A stretch of DNA of 64,000 bases, from positions 416,001 to 480,000 of the forward strand of contig CBDFJR010000002.1 in the NCBI GenBank assembly GCA_965248535.1. The letters are read 5' to 3'. The notes under the pieces are model-generated. The model had not been told where the DNA came from, did no database searches, and saw only the letters and a program-made list of their open reading frames with translations. Of this stretch, positions 21,601 to 30,475 are shown piece by piece. This DNA comes from Phormidesmis sp. Its GTDB lineage: Bacteria; Cyanobacteriota; Cyanobacteriia; Leptolyngbyales; Leptolyngbyaceae. Numbering within the stretch: the first letter of the stretch is position 1; every line of letters starts with the position of its first letter. The translations under genes and the position numbers were made by a program.

Positions 21601-22675
21601 TTGGGAGAAGTACAGATTCTAGAACTCTAATTGGGACAATACTACCTAAAAATACTTTTTCTGGACACTCAATTAACGTTGGTTCATCTATTGAAGACTT
21701 AAGCCACGTACTCTATTTATGTGCTGTACTGAATAGCTTTTGTTTCGATTTTGCGTTGCGGCAACAGGTATCTGCTAATCTAACAATCTTCTTTATTCAC
21801 CAAACCCCTGTTCCTCGGCTAACAACAGGCGATCGCTTCTTCGCAGAAATCGTAGAACGCGCCGCAAAACTCATCTGCACCACCCCCGAATTCGACGACC
21901 TCGCCCAAGAAGTCGGCTTAGACTCCCACAAAAACGGCATCACCGACGAACGCGATCGTGCCCAACTCCGCGCCCAACTCGACGGCATGATCGCCCACCT
22001 CTACCACCTCACCGAATCCGAATTCGCCCACATCCTCAGCACTTTCCCGATCGTCCCCGCCGCCACCAAACAAGCCGCGATCGAAGCCTATCGCACCTTT
22101 GCCCCACCCGCAGGCGACACCGCGATCGCCACCCTCATCACCCAAGGCGAAAGCGCCACCCTCGAATTCAAATCCACCGCCCGCTGGAACCTCAAAGAAG
22201 ACAAGAAAGATCGCACAATGGAAGAGGTCATTCTCAAAACGATCGCCGCCTTCCTCAACACCCAAGGCGGAACCCTCTTGATTGGAGTCGATGACGCTGG
22301 AGACCCGATCGGACTTACCCCCGACTACAACACCCTCCAAAAAAAGAACCGCGACGGCTTTGAACTCTGGCTCATGGGCGATCTGTTGCTCAAAGAATTA
22401 GGCAATGATCTCGCTCCCTTACATTGCCATCAGCTTCCACACCCTCAACGGGCAAGACCTCTGCAAAAATCACCCTCAGCCCTGTCTATGTCACGTGACC
22501 CGCCTCAAGAATCTTTGTCATCCGCTCAGGCAAGACCAAAAACGACAAACCCAGTCAATCGAAAGACATCAAAGAACTTTTTTATTCGGGCTGGCAAATT
22601 AAACCAATGCTTCACCAAAAATCCCTCGACAAACCCAGCGAGATCAGCCACTACATCAAACAACTGTTTGGTAAT
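18639..22675 (+). CDS. Eco57I/type IIG-like N6-adenine DNA methyltransferase + target-recognition domain + C-terminal Schlafen (AlbA_2) domain; 3' end frameshifted and garbled from ~22418
   Basis: YLNGGLF, GAYYTRPEI, motif I LLDPACGSGAFL, LYGVDI, motif IV IIANPPW, LDGMIAHLYHL...ILSTFP, then GESATLEFKS...IAAFLNTQGGTLLIGVDD. Likely ATG at 18639; true end inferred near TAA ~22674. Confidence 0.85.
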
Positions 22676-22741
22676 CTTGCAACTTCACTCTGAAAGGCAT
22701 TGGCAAAATAGAATTCGAGTTATAAAACCACCGATTTGACC

Positions 22742-22992
22742 ATGCCTCAGTTTCACTAAACCGTAGATTTGACGAAGCCCTGATACAATTGAAGTCGATC
22801 CGAGATCGTGTCCTACGACCAGCCAAAATATCTAGAAACGACGTAACCCGACTGCGAATACTGCTTTGCGAGAAGTTTACATTCAAGCCGTCTTGATACC
22901 ATCGCTCCAAAATCCTAGACTCTATCAAAGAATCGATTGACTACGATGACACCTACAACGATGACAAAGCCCAACCCGCCAAATCGCCATGA
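22742..22992 (+). pseudogene. Scrambled VapB-type antitoxin remnant
   Basis: Ordered fragments in shifting frames: DEALIQ, ALRE, YIQ, KILD, IDYDDTYN, KAQ, RQIA. Confidence 0.55.
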
Positions 22993-23510
22993 GAAACCGT
23001 GATTGCTTGACACATCTGACTATGGTCATCTCAGGCTTATGCGCCAGAACTAACGCTTCCCAATTCAGAGTCCAGATCGTAACGATCAACTCCGAATCTG
23101 ACCACTGATCGCTGAATCACGAGGTGTGTATTTTTGGAGCCGGATTCGCAACTCCGAAGAAATTCTCTACTGGACTTCGGCCCCGAACAATTTGTAACTT
23201 TGACTGCGTGACTATCTCAGACTCCTTTCCAGATTTGAACCCGATCCATTTTTCACCTTGCCCAAAGCAAGATGAATTATGGAAACTGCCGCCGCGATCG
23301 AGAACAAACTTCTAACACTTGTCGCCGTCAATGGGATTCAAGGCTCTAATACAGATTTTCCCGCAATTTGTGCTGTTCACAGCCTCGATGACCCCACGAA
23401 ATGTTGGAGCCACGATTTGGGTAATTCTTACAACTCAGAGATGGCAAAAAGATAAAACCACCATTGACAATCTTTCAAACCTGTCTCCCGATCGCTCCCT
23501 TCTATAATCG
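22989..23510 (+). pseudogene. Scrambled VapC/PIN toxin remnant
   Basis: Ordered fragments in shifting frames: LDTS, EIL, EQF, LRDYLR, FPDL, ETAA, SNTCRR, GIQGSNTDF, ICAV, ILTT, DK. Confidence 0.55.
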
Positions 23511-23520
23511 CTTGACCACC

Positions 23521-24000
23521 TCAAACCGACTCTTCCAATTGCAGCAAAAGCTGACAGAATGCCTGCACATCCTCAGCCAATCTGTTATGGCATTCGGGCA
23601 GCATCTCCACCAGCGCTTGCACCCGATCGGGCTTTAACTCAGCGCTATATCGGTGCATAACCCCATGACGAAACCCGCGATAATCATTGAGTTGCTCTAA
23701 CGTCTCTGCTCGAATCACCGCAGGGCGATTTTTTGGAATCTGAAGACCCATCTGATCCAGCAACTCTCGATACGAACTCGCGCCTGTTGAGGGCGATTGA
23801 TCAACCTGCTTGGCAATCTCCTCAAAAATCCGTTCAACGCCCATGTAGAAGTTTTGCAGACTCAGCGCTGCCGCTTGCACATAGTCCCGATCGCCCGTTT
23901 TCTTCGCTTTCTCGATTTGAGAACTCGCAGATTTCACCGTTGAGTCAATCTGGTCAAGCTCCTTTTGAACTCTGGCAACTAAGACTGTGTATCGGCTCAT
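23521..24000 (-). CDS. HepT-like HEPN ribonuclease toxin (no MNT antitoxin adjacent)
   Basis: LQNFYMGVERIFEEIA, RELLDQM, RPAVI, and an RX4H motif (FRHGVMH); GGAG upstream of ATG 24000. Confidence 0.8.
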   Translation of the reverse strand: MSRYTVLVARVQKELDQIDSTVKSASSQIEKAKKTGDRDYVQAAALSLQNFYMGVERIFEEIAKQVDQSPSTGASSYRELLDQMGLQIPKNRPAVIRAETLEQLNDYRGFRHGVMHRYSAELKPDRVQALVEMLPECHNRLAEDVQAFCQLLLQLEESV

Positions 24001-24121
24001 AGCTCGACTCCTAACGCACTTGCTCCTGATATATGCTTGCATCTTAGCGATCGGAACCCGTAGACCTGAAAATTGCTGTCAGAATGTCATTATATCCCGA
24101 CGCACTTTGCGACTTTTGATT

Positions 24122-26488
24122 ATGCTGGCTGACCGATCGCCCTCAAATTCTCCGCTCTCACGCGAACCGCTGCTCAAAATCCTGCGCGATGGCTTGCGAC
24201 CGGGGCAGCAAGAGATTGCCGACTGGCAAGGCGGACGGTTGGCGGTTTCAGCCGTGCCCGGAGCCGGAAAATCGACAGGCATGGCAGTCGCGGCAGCGTT
24301 GGCGATCGCGCGTTATCAACTCCATACCAAACGTCAACTAGTCGTCGTCACCTTTACCCGATCGGCCGCCGCGAATATTAAATCAAAAATTCGTGCCCAT
24401 CTGAAGATGCTGGCCCTGCCTCAAGGCGGATTTGTGGTGCACACGCTGCACGGGTTGGCGTGGTCGATCGCCCGCAGCTATCCAGAGCTTTCGGGGCTGA
24501 ATCCTGACAGTGTGCTGATCACGCCCAATCAGAGTCACCGTCTGATTCGCAACAGTGTTGAACAGTGGATTGGGTTACACCCGGCTCTCTATCAGCAGTT
24601 GTTAGAAGGGCAACAGTTTGATGGCGAAGAAACTGAGCGGTTGCGTCGTCAAGCCGTTTTGCGAACCGAAGTTTTGCCTGCTTTGGCAGATACGGTGATT
24701 CGTGAGGCAAAGAGTTCGGGGTTAATGCCGCAAGATTTGCGCGATCGTGGCGATCAACTATCCGACGACTCAATTTTGACGATCGCCGCCGGACTCTATG
24801 AACACTATCAGCTTCAGCTAAAAGCAAGGAACTCGATCGATTATGACGAGATGATTTTAGGCGCGCTGCGAGTGTTAGAAGATCCGAGGGTGCGATCGCG
24901 CTGGCAAACGCAAGTTTTTGCCGTGTTTGAAGATGAGGCTCAAGATTCCAGTCCGTTGCAAACCAAGCTATTAGAATTGTTGGCAACCGATCCTGCTGAT
25001 AATGCTCAGAATCTGGTTCGGGTCGGCGATCCTAACCAAGCGATTAACTCAACGTTTACGCCTGCCGATCCGGTGTTTTTTCGTCAATTTTGCCAAGAGT
25101 GTAGCGCTGACGATCGCCTCGCAGAAATGAATCAAGCCGGGCGCAGCAGTGCGGTGATTATTGACGCAGCCAATTTTGTGCTGACCTGGGTTAATCGCCA
25201 CTACAGCAAAGGGGGCACCCAGGAAGCGATGACCGACTCTGCCACCCCGTTTCGCCCCCAAGCGATTCATCCCGTCGCGTTTGATGACCCCCAAGCGGAT
25301 GCAAACCCGTTGCCGATCGGGTTAGGCCTAGAAATCTATACGCCAGAAGATGTTTATAAAACGGTGGAATTAATTGGACAGCGATCGCTGACATTGTTCA
25401 CCGATAATCCCGATGCTCAGGCGGCGGTTTTAGTTCGCACTAATGAGCAAGGGCGCTTTGTGGCAAAAGAACTGAAACGCTGGCACGGTGAAGATCTCAA
25501 TGTGTTTGAAGTCGGACAGCGCGATCGTCAATCTCACATTCCCGCCGAGATTTTGGCCCTGTTGCAGTTTCTCGATCGTCCTCATTCTCCTGACAATCTC
25601 AAAGCCGCGCTTTTAGCGTTAGTCGGACGACGCTTAATTCCTACCCAAGACCTTAACGCGCTCGTTACCTTTCCCGAACAGTTTCTATATCCCGCACCGC
25701 TCGATCCGCCTCAATCGCCTCAAGTCAGAGAAGCCAGTCACTATTGCGTCAGCCTGCTCCGCGCTCGATTAGAACTGCCGCTCTATCAGTTAATCTCGTT
25801 TCTGGCCTACACATTAGACTATGACCAAACAGAGCTTGCAACCGCAAATAAGCTGTCAGAACGAATCATGCAGCAAACGTTAGAGAGTTCGCTAGGCGCA
25901 ATGCTGGAGATATTAAGTGAGATCGTCAGTTCAGAACGATTTGAACCCGTTGAAGCAGAAGATGACGATCGCTACATTCGCCCCAGCCAATTAACGATAA
26001 TCACGATGCACAAAGCTAAAGGATTGGATTGGGACACGGTTTTTATTCCCTTTTTGCACGAAAACATGATTCCTGGAAGTCTCTATGTGCCGCCGCAGGC
26101 GAAGTTTTTAGGTGACTTCACCGTGTCAGAAGTTGCTCGTGCTCAGATTCGAGCGATCGTGCATGAAACCTCGATTCCCGATATCGGAACGGCTTGGACA
26201 CGAGCCGACTATCTTAAAACTGCCGAAGAGTTTCGCTTGCTCTATGTGGCGATGACACGCGCCAAACGGCTGCTGTGGATGTCGGCTGCCAAACGAGCAC
26301 CCTTTAGCTGGAATAAATCGGAGAACTTGGACGATCGCAAGCCGTGCCCTGTGATTCCTGCCCTCAGAGCTAGATTTCCTGACGCTGTGATGACGACGAC
26401 GAGGTGGAATTTTGAGGTGAGACTTCAAAATCTGGAAAGTCACGATCGTCAGATGTGCCCTTTGGTAGAAGCATTCTATCTCAGATGA
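24122..26488 (+). CDS. UvrD/REP-family ATP-dependent helicase
   Basis: AVPGAGKS, VTFTRSAA, EDEAQDSS, VGDPNQAI, TMHKAKGLDWD, EEFRLLYVAMTRAK. Confidence 0.92.
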   Translation: MLADRSPSNSPLSREPLLKILRDGLRPGQQEIADWQGGRLAVSAVPGAGKSTGMAVAAALAIARYQLHTKRQLVVVTFTRSAAANIKSKIRAHLKMLALPQGGFVVHTLHGLAWSIARSYPELSGLNPDSVLITPNQSHRLIRNSVEQWIGLHPALYQQLLEGQQFDGEETERLRRQAVLRTEVLPALADTVIREAKSSGLMPQDLRDRGDQLSDDSILTIAAGLYEHYQLQLKARNSIDYDEMILGALRVLEDPRVRSRWQTQVFAVFEDEAQDSSPLQTKLLELLATDPADNAQNLVRVGDPNQAINSTFTPADPVFFRQFCQECSADDRLAEMNQAGRSSAVIIDAANFVLTWVNRHYSKGGTQEAMTDSATPFRPQAIHPVAFDDPQADANPLPIGLGLEIYTPEDVYKTVELIGQRSLTLFTDNPDAQAAVLVRTNEQGRFVAKELKRWHGEDLNVFEVGQRDRQSHIPAEILALLQFLDRPHSPDNLKAALLALVGRRLIPTQDLNALVTFPEQFLYPAPLDPPQSPQVREASHYCVSLLRARLELPLYQLISFLAYTLDYDQTELATANKLSERIMQQTLESSLGAMLEILSEIVSSERFEPVEAEDDDRYIRPSQLTIITMHKAKGLDWDTVFIPFLHENMIPGSLYVPPQAKFLGDFTVSEVARAQIRAIVHETSIPDIGTAWTRADYLKTAEEFRLLYVAMTRAKRLLWMSAAKRAPFSWNKSENLDDRKPCPVIPALRARFPDAVMTTTRWNFEVRLQNLESHDRQMCPLVEAFYLR

Positions 26489-26572
26489 CGTAGGCTTCTA
26501 TCTGAGTGCCCTTGCAGGAAAATTGACTAAACACAAAGCTACACGGAATCATTCCGACAATGCTAGAGAGAA

Positions 26573-26591
26573 TGGTTAAGAACACATTAAG
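26573..26591 (-). promoter_or_regulatory. Pho-box-like (OmpR/PhoB-type) 11-bp direct repeat upstream of glgP, reverse orientation
   Basis: Minus strand CTTAATGT-gtt-CTTAACCA resembles the cyanobacterial SphR consensus CTTAACCT-N3. Confidence 0.3.
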
Positions 26592-26625
26592 CTAACGTTT
26601 TGAATGCCCTTGTTTTAATTGTTTT

Positions 26626-29205
26626 ATGAACAATCATCATCTTCCCAACAACAGCCATACGCCTACCCACAGACATCACCTAAAACGAACAGCACCTGTC
26701 GAGATTCAGGTGCAAGACGATCGCACGGGAATGGATGGTGAAACCCTCAAGCGGGCAGTGCTGGATAATCTTTACTACATTCTGGCAAAAGATCAAAATT
26801 GGGCGACTCCTTATGATTACTACATGGCGTTGGCCTATACGGTGCGCGATCGCTTACTGCAACGCTGGCTCAAAACTGTTGAGCAGACCTACTTTAAGCC
26901 CGATGTTAAAGTTGTTTGCTATCTCTCAGCCGAATATTTGATTGGGCGGCAATTGGGTAAAAATCTGATTAACGTCGGGCTTTATGAGTCTGCTCGTCAG
27001 ATTATGACAGAGCTAGGACATGATCTCGACGATTTGCTAGAGCAAGAAAACGAGCCGGGACTGGGGAATGGTGGTTTAGGACGATTGGCAGCCTGCTTTT
27101 TAGACTCGCTCTCAACGTTAGAACTGCCCGCGATCGGGTATGGCATTCGCTATGAGTTTGGCATCTTTGAACAAGTCATTCGCGATGGCTGGCAAACAGA
27201 GCGCCCCGATCGCTGGCTGCGGTTTGGCAATGCCTGGGAGATTCCTCGCCCAGACTACATTGTGGAAGTTCAATTTGGAGGACACACCGAGGCCTACACT
27301 GACGAGCAGGGGCGCTATCAGGTGCGTTGGGTTCCAGAACGAACGGTATTGGGAACGCCTTATGACACGCCAATATCAGGCTATAGCAGCAACACAGTTA
27401 ACACACTGCGACTGTGGAGCGCAAAAGCCAGCGAAGAGTTTAATTTTCAAATCTTTAACACTGGAGACTATATCGACGCTGTTGCCGATAAAACGTTTTC
27501 AGAAAATATTACCAAAGTTCTCTATCCCAATGACAACACTGATCAAGGCAAACAGCTACGGTTAGAGCAACAATACTTTTTTGTGTCGTGCTCGTTGCAG
27601 GATATGATTCGTACCTATTTTCAAAATCATAATACCCTTGATCAGTTTTCTAATAAAGTTGCGATTCAGATCAACGACACCCATCCTTCGATCGGCATTG
27701 CAGAATTGATGCGATTATTGATCGATGTGCATCAACTCGATTGGGATCAAGCGTGGAACATTACGCAAAATAGCTTTGGCTTTACCAATCACACTATTTT
27801 ATCTGAAGCGTTAGAGCGCTGGTCAATCACCCTATTCGGACGCTTGTTGCCCCGCCACCTCGAAATCATTTTTGAAATCAATCAGCGATTTCTCGATCAG
27901 GTGCGGGCTAAATATCCGGGAGAGGGCGATCGCACAACCCGACTTTCTCTAATCGAAGAAGGAGCCGATAAAAAAATTCGCATGGCTTATCTAGCGTGCG
28001 TGGGCAGTCACGCGATCAATGGGGTTGCCGGACTGCACACCGAACTGCTAGAACACGATTTGTTGCGTGACTTTTATGAGTTGTTTCCAGAGCGATTTAG
28101 CAATAAGACCAACGGTGTAACGCCACGTCGATGGATGCTGCTCACCAATCCAAAGTTGGCGCTGCTCATCACCCAAAAAATTGGCAAAAGTTGGATTAAA
28201 AATCTTGATGATCTTCAACAGCTAGAAGCTTTTGTCGAGGATGCAGACTTTAGAAAAAACTGGAGACAGATCAAGCAAGACAACAAACAAGATTTAGCTG
28301 AATATATTTTGCAAACAACGGGAATCAAAGTCAACTCTGAGTCGCTCTTTGATATTCAAGTTAAACGTCTGCATGAATATAAGCGACAACACCTAAATGT
28401 TCTGCACATCATCACGCTTTATAACTATCTTAAACATAACCCTAACGCCGATATTGTCCCCCGAACGGTGATTTTTGCGGGCAAATCTGCACCGGGTTAT
28501 GCCACCGCAAAGCTGATCATCAAGCTGATTACTTCTGTGGCAGAGGTGGTGAACGCTGATTCTGACATTGGCGATCGCTTAAAGGTGGTGTTTTTGCCTA
28601 ACTACAATGTCTCTTTGGGTCAGCGAATTTTTCCGGCAGCCGATCTTTCAGAACAGATTTCAACCGCAGGCAAAGAAGCCTCTGGCACCAGCAATATGAA
28701 ATTTGCAATGAACGGCGCACTGACGATCGGGACGCTCGACGGCGCTAATATTGAACTGCGCGATCGGGTGGGAGCCGATCACTTCTTCCTGTTTGGTCTA
28801 ACCGCTCCTGAAGTCGCTCAAACAAAGGCCCAAGGCTATCACCCTGAAGATTATTACAACGCTAACCCGACGCTCAAGGAAGCGATCGACCAGATTGCAT
28901 CGGGCTATTTTTCTCCCAGCGATCCCGCGCTTTTTCGACCCTTGATCGACTCGCTCAAACAACAAGATGATTATCTCCTGTTTGCTGATTATCAAGCTTA
29001 TATAGAGGCGCAAAAGCAGGTGAGCCAGACTTATCGACATCCCGATCAATGGGTGCGGCAGTCGATTCTCAACACTGCCCGAACGGGTTATTTCTCCTCA
29101 GACCGGGCGATTCGTGACTATGCTCAAGAGATTTGGCATCTCAAACCTGTTCCCGTCATGTTGGATGGGTTGCCAGTTGAGTCTGCACCCAGAGTCAGCG
29201 TTTAA
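26626..29205 (+). CDS. glgP: Glycogen/starch phosphorylase
   Basis: GLGNGGLGRLAACFLDS, VLYPND, IQINDTHP, QVKRLHEYKRQ, EASGTSNMK (PLP lysine), GTLDGAN. Confidence 0.97.
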   Translation: MNNHHLPNNSHTPTHRHHLKRTAPVEIQVQDDRTGMDGETLKRAVLDNLYYILAKDQNWATPYDYYMALAYTVRDRLLQRWLKTVEQTYFKPDVKVVCYLSAEYLIGRQLGKNLINVGLYESARQIMTELGHDLDDLLEQENEPGLGNGGLGRLAACFLDSLSTLELPAIGYGIRYEFGIFEQVIRDGWQTERPDRWLRFGNAWEIPRPDYIVEVQFGGHTEAYTDEQGRYQVRWVPERTVLGTPYDTPISGYSSNTVNTLRLWSAKASEEFNFQIFNTGDYIDAVADKTFSENITKVLYPNDNTDQGKQLRLEQQYFFVSCSLQDMIRTYFQNHNTLDQFSNKVAIQINDTHPSIGIAELMRLLIDVHQLDWDQAWNITQNSFGFTNHTILSEALERWSITLFGRLLPRHLEIIFEINQRFLDQVRAKYPGEGDRTTRLSLIEEGADKKIRMAYLACVGSHAINGVAGLHTELLEHDLLRDFYELFPERFSNKTNGVTPRRWMLLTNPKLALLITQKIGKSWIKNLDDLQQLEAFVEDADFRKNWRQIKQDNKQDLAEYILQTTGIKVNSESLFDIQVKRLHEYKRQHLNVLHIITLYNYLKHNPNADIVPRTVIFAGKSAPGYATAKLIIKLITSVAEVVNADSDIGDRLKVVFLPNYNVSLGQRIFPAADLSEQISTAGKEASGTSNMKFAMNGALTIGTLDGANIELRDRVGADHFFLFGLTAPEVAQTKAQGYHPEDYYNANPTLKEAIDQIASGYFSPSDPALFRPLIDSLKQQDDYLLFADYQAYIEAQKQVSQTYRHPDQWVRQSILNTARTGYFSSDRAIRDYAQEIWHLKPVPVMLDGLPVESAPRVSV

Positions 29206-29245
29206 CGTCATCCTCAGACGCTCTAAAACCCCTGCGGATTCAAGA

Positions 29246-29923
29246 TTAAGCTCTTGGATCGGCGGGCCCGATCGCCATCTGCCACCGGGTGGGCTGAGGA
29301 GCTTGGGTTAAGGGCTTGACGAGAAAGTCTGGATGCAGATCCCAACTCAAAAGCCCTGCCAGCCCCATCACTACCCCAAACACCGTCGGCAACATGGCAG
29401 CTATAAACAGCCAGCGTTTTTGAGATAGAGACGTGATCGCCAGCAGCGAAATAGCGATCGACAAGGCTGCATCTGACAAATCGAATTGGTCATCGTGAAA
29501 ATTAAGCTGATCGTAGGTTTTTTGGTCTCCTTCAGCGATCGCTTTTTGCTCGGCTTTCTTTTGGTCTTCTTTAGTCGCCAGCGATTGATAAGCTTGAATT
29601 TGTTTGTCGTAAGCTGCCCGACTTGCCCCTGTTTGTGAAGCGGCTTGCAGTTGGAGTTGAGTCACCGTCGATTTGGCAATCTCAGCGCGAATGTTGCGGG
29701 CTTGATAGAGCGACCAATCATCAATACGATTCGCCTGCGCCTGCTGCATTCCCTGCACGATGTTGTCGTCTTTGACTTTGCAAACTCCAATAAAGGTGGC
29801 TAGCAGCGCTACCGAGATTGCCACCGCCGTATTTAACTGATTTTTCCGTTTGTCTCGTCGCTCTGAGTCTGTCTCTTGACGATCGTCATCGGTTTCGACG
29901 AGGTTCATAGGGTCAATATCCAT
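29246..29923 (-). CDS. DUF4337-family membrane protein
   Basis: VAISVALLATF, D.WSLYQARNIR, coiled region, HDDQFDLSDAALSIAISL, three TM segments. Confidence 0.75.
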   Translation of the reverse strand: MDIDPMNLVETDDDRQETDSERRDKRKNQLNTAVAISVALLATFIGVCKVKDDNIVQGMQQAQANRIDDWSLYQARNIRAEIAKSTVTQLQLQAASQTGASRAAYDKQIQAYQSLATKEDQKKAEQKAIAEGDQKTYDQLNFHDDQFDLSDAALSIAISLLAITSLSQKRWLFIAAMLPTVFGVVMGLAGLLSWDLHPDFLVKPLTQAPQPTRWQMAIGPADPRA

Positions 29924-30277
29924 CGTTCCGGGCCAGATTTGATAAGGCTAACGCCCACTATTCTCTAACAATTTAGCGTCAATTTATGCAGTCTTTTTCA
30001 TTCCTCAGCCTCCTAAATTTGCCAAATGTAGAGAGCAGAGACTTTCCAAAATGGTGCCAGATCTGAGGTAAACCCAGATCTAAGTGTTAACAACCGATGA
30101 AGAATTAGTTAATAGCTTGAATACCTTTCTAAAGCAGTAGAACTGGTACTGAAAAATACAAAATTATCAAGACTAGAACGTTCTCTGTTGCAGGATTAGC
30201 CGATGCTTCTACCCACAGGTCTAACTTTGAATTTTTGAGACTGAGCTTCTCTACTTCAAGAGACACAGATCTCGTCG

Positions 30278-30307
30278 ATTAATGTTCTGTTAAACCCATC
30301 TTTACGT
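30278..30307 (+). promoter_or_regulatory. Putative Pho box (SphR/PhoB site) upstream of pstS
   Basis: Three 11-bp-phased half-sites ATTAATGT-tct-GTTAAACC-cat-CTTTACGT, with a TACGAT -10-like hexamer ~24 nt downstream. Confidence 0.55.
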
Positions 30308-30475
30308 TGCTCTTGTAACGTAGCCAGTTATTACGATACGAAAAATTTCGACTTGATCAAGGTATAGCAAGATAGCCCCTAAACAGGCCATAATTCTCTT
30401 CATACTATTGTCCTATTGAGATTAAATAGCCAGCTTAATTCTCTCCAAAATTGTTACCTAGAAAACAACATTATT

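Noticed and set aside
21918..22340. 140-aa Gly/Glu/Val-rich minus-strand ORF
   Set aside because: Shadow ORF produced by the C-rich codon bias of the MTase/Schlafen coding strand.
22656..23507. Short ORFs 22656..22928, 23124..23315 and 23319..23507 as real genes
   Set aside because: They fall in the scrambled segment and are better explained as chance frames over vapBC remnants.
14088..24000. Complete DISARM or BREX system, prophage or integrative element
   Set aside because: No DUF1998 (drmB), DrmA, PglZ or BrxC gene, and no integrase, att repeat, tRNA or phage structural gene was seen.
24122..26488. UvrD-like helicase as part of the defence system (Gabija-like)
   Set aside because: No GajA/OLD nuclease is adjacent; composition and HIP1 density are host-like, so it is more likely the core gene bordering the island.
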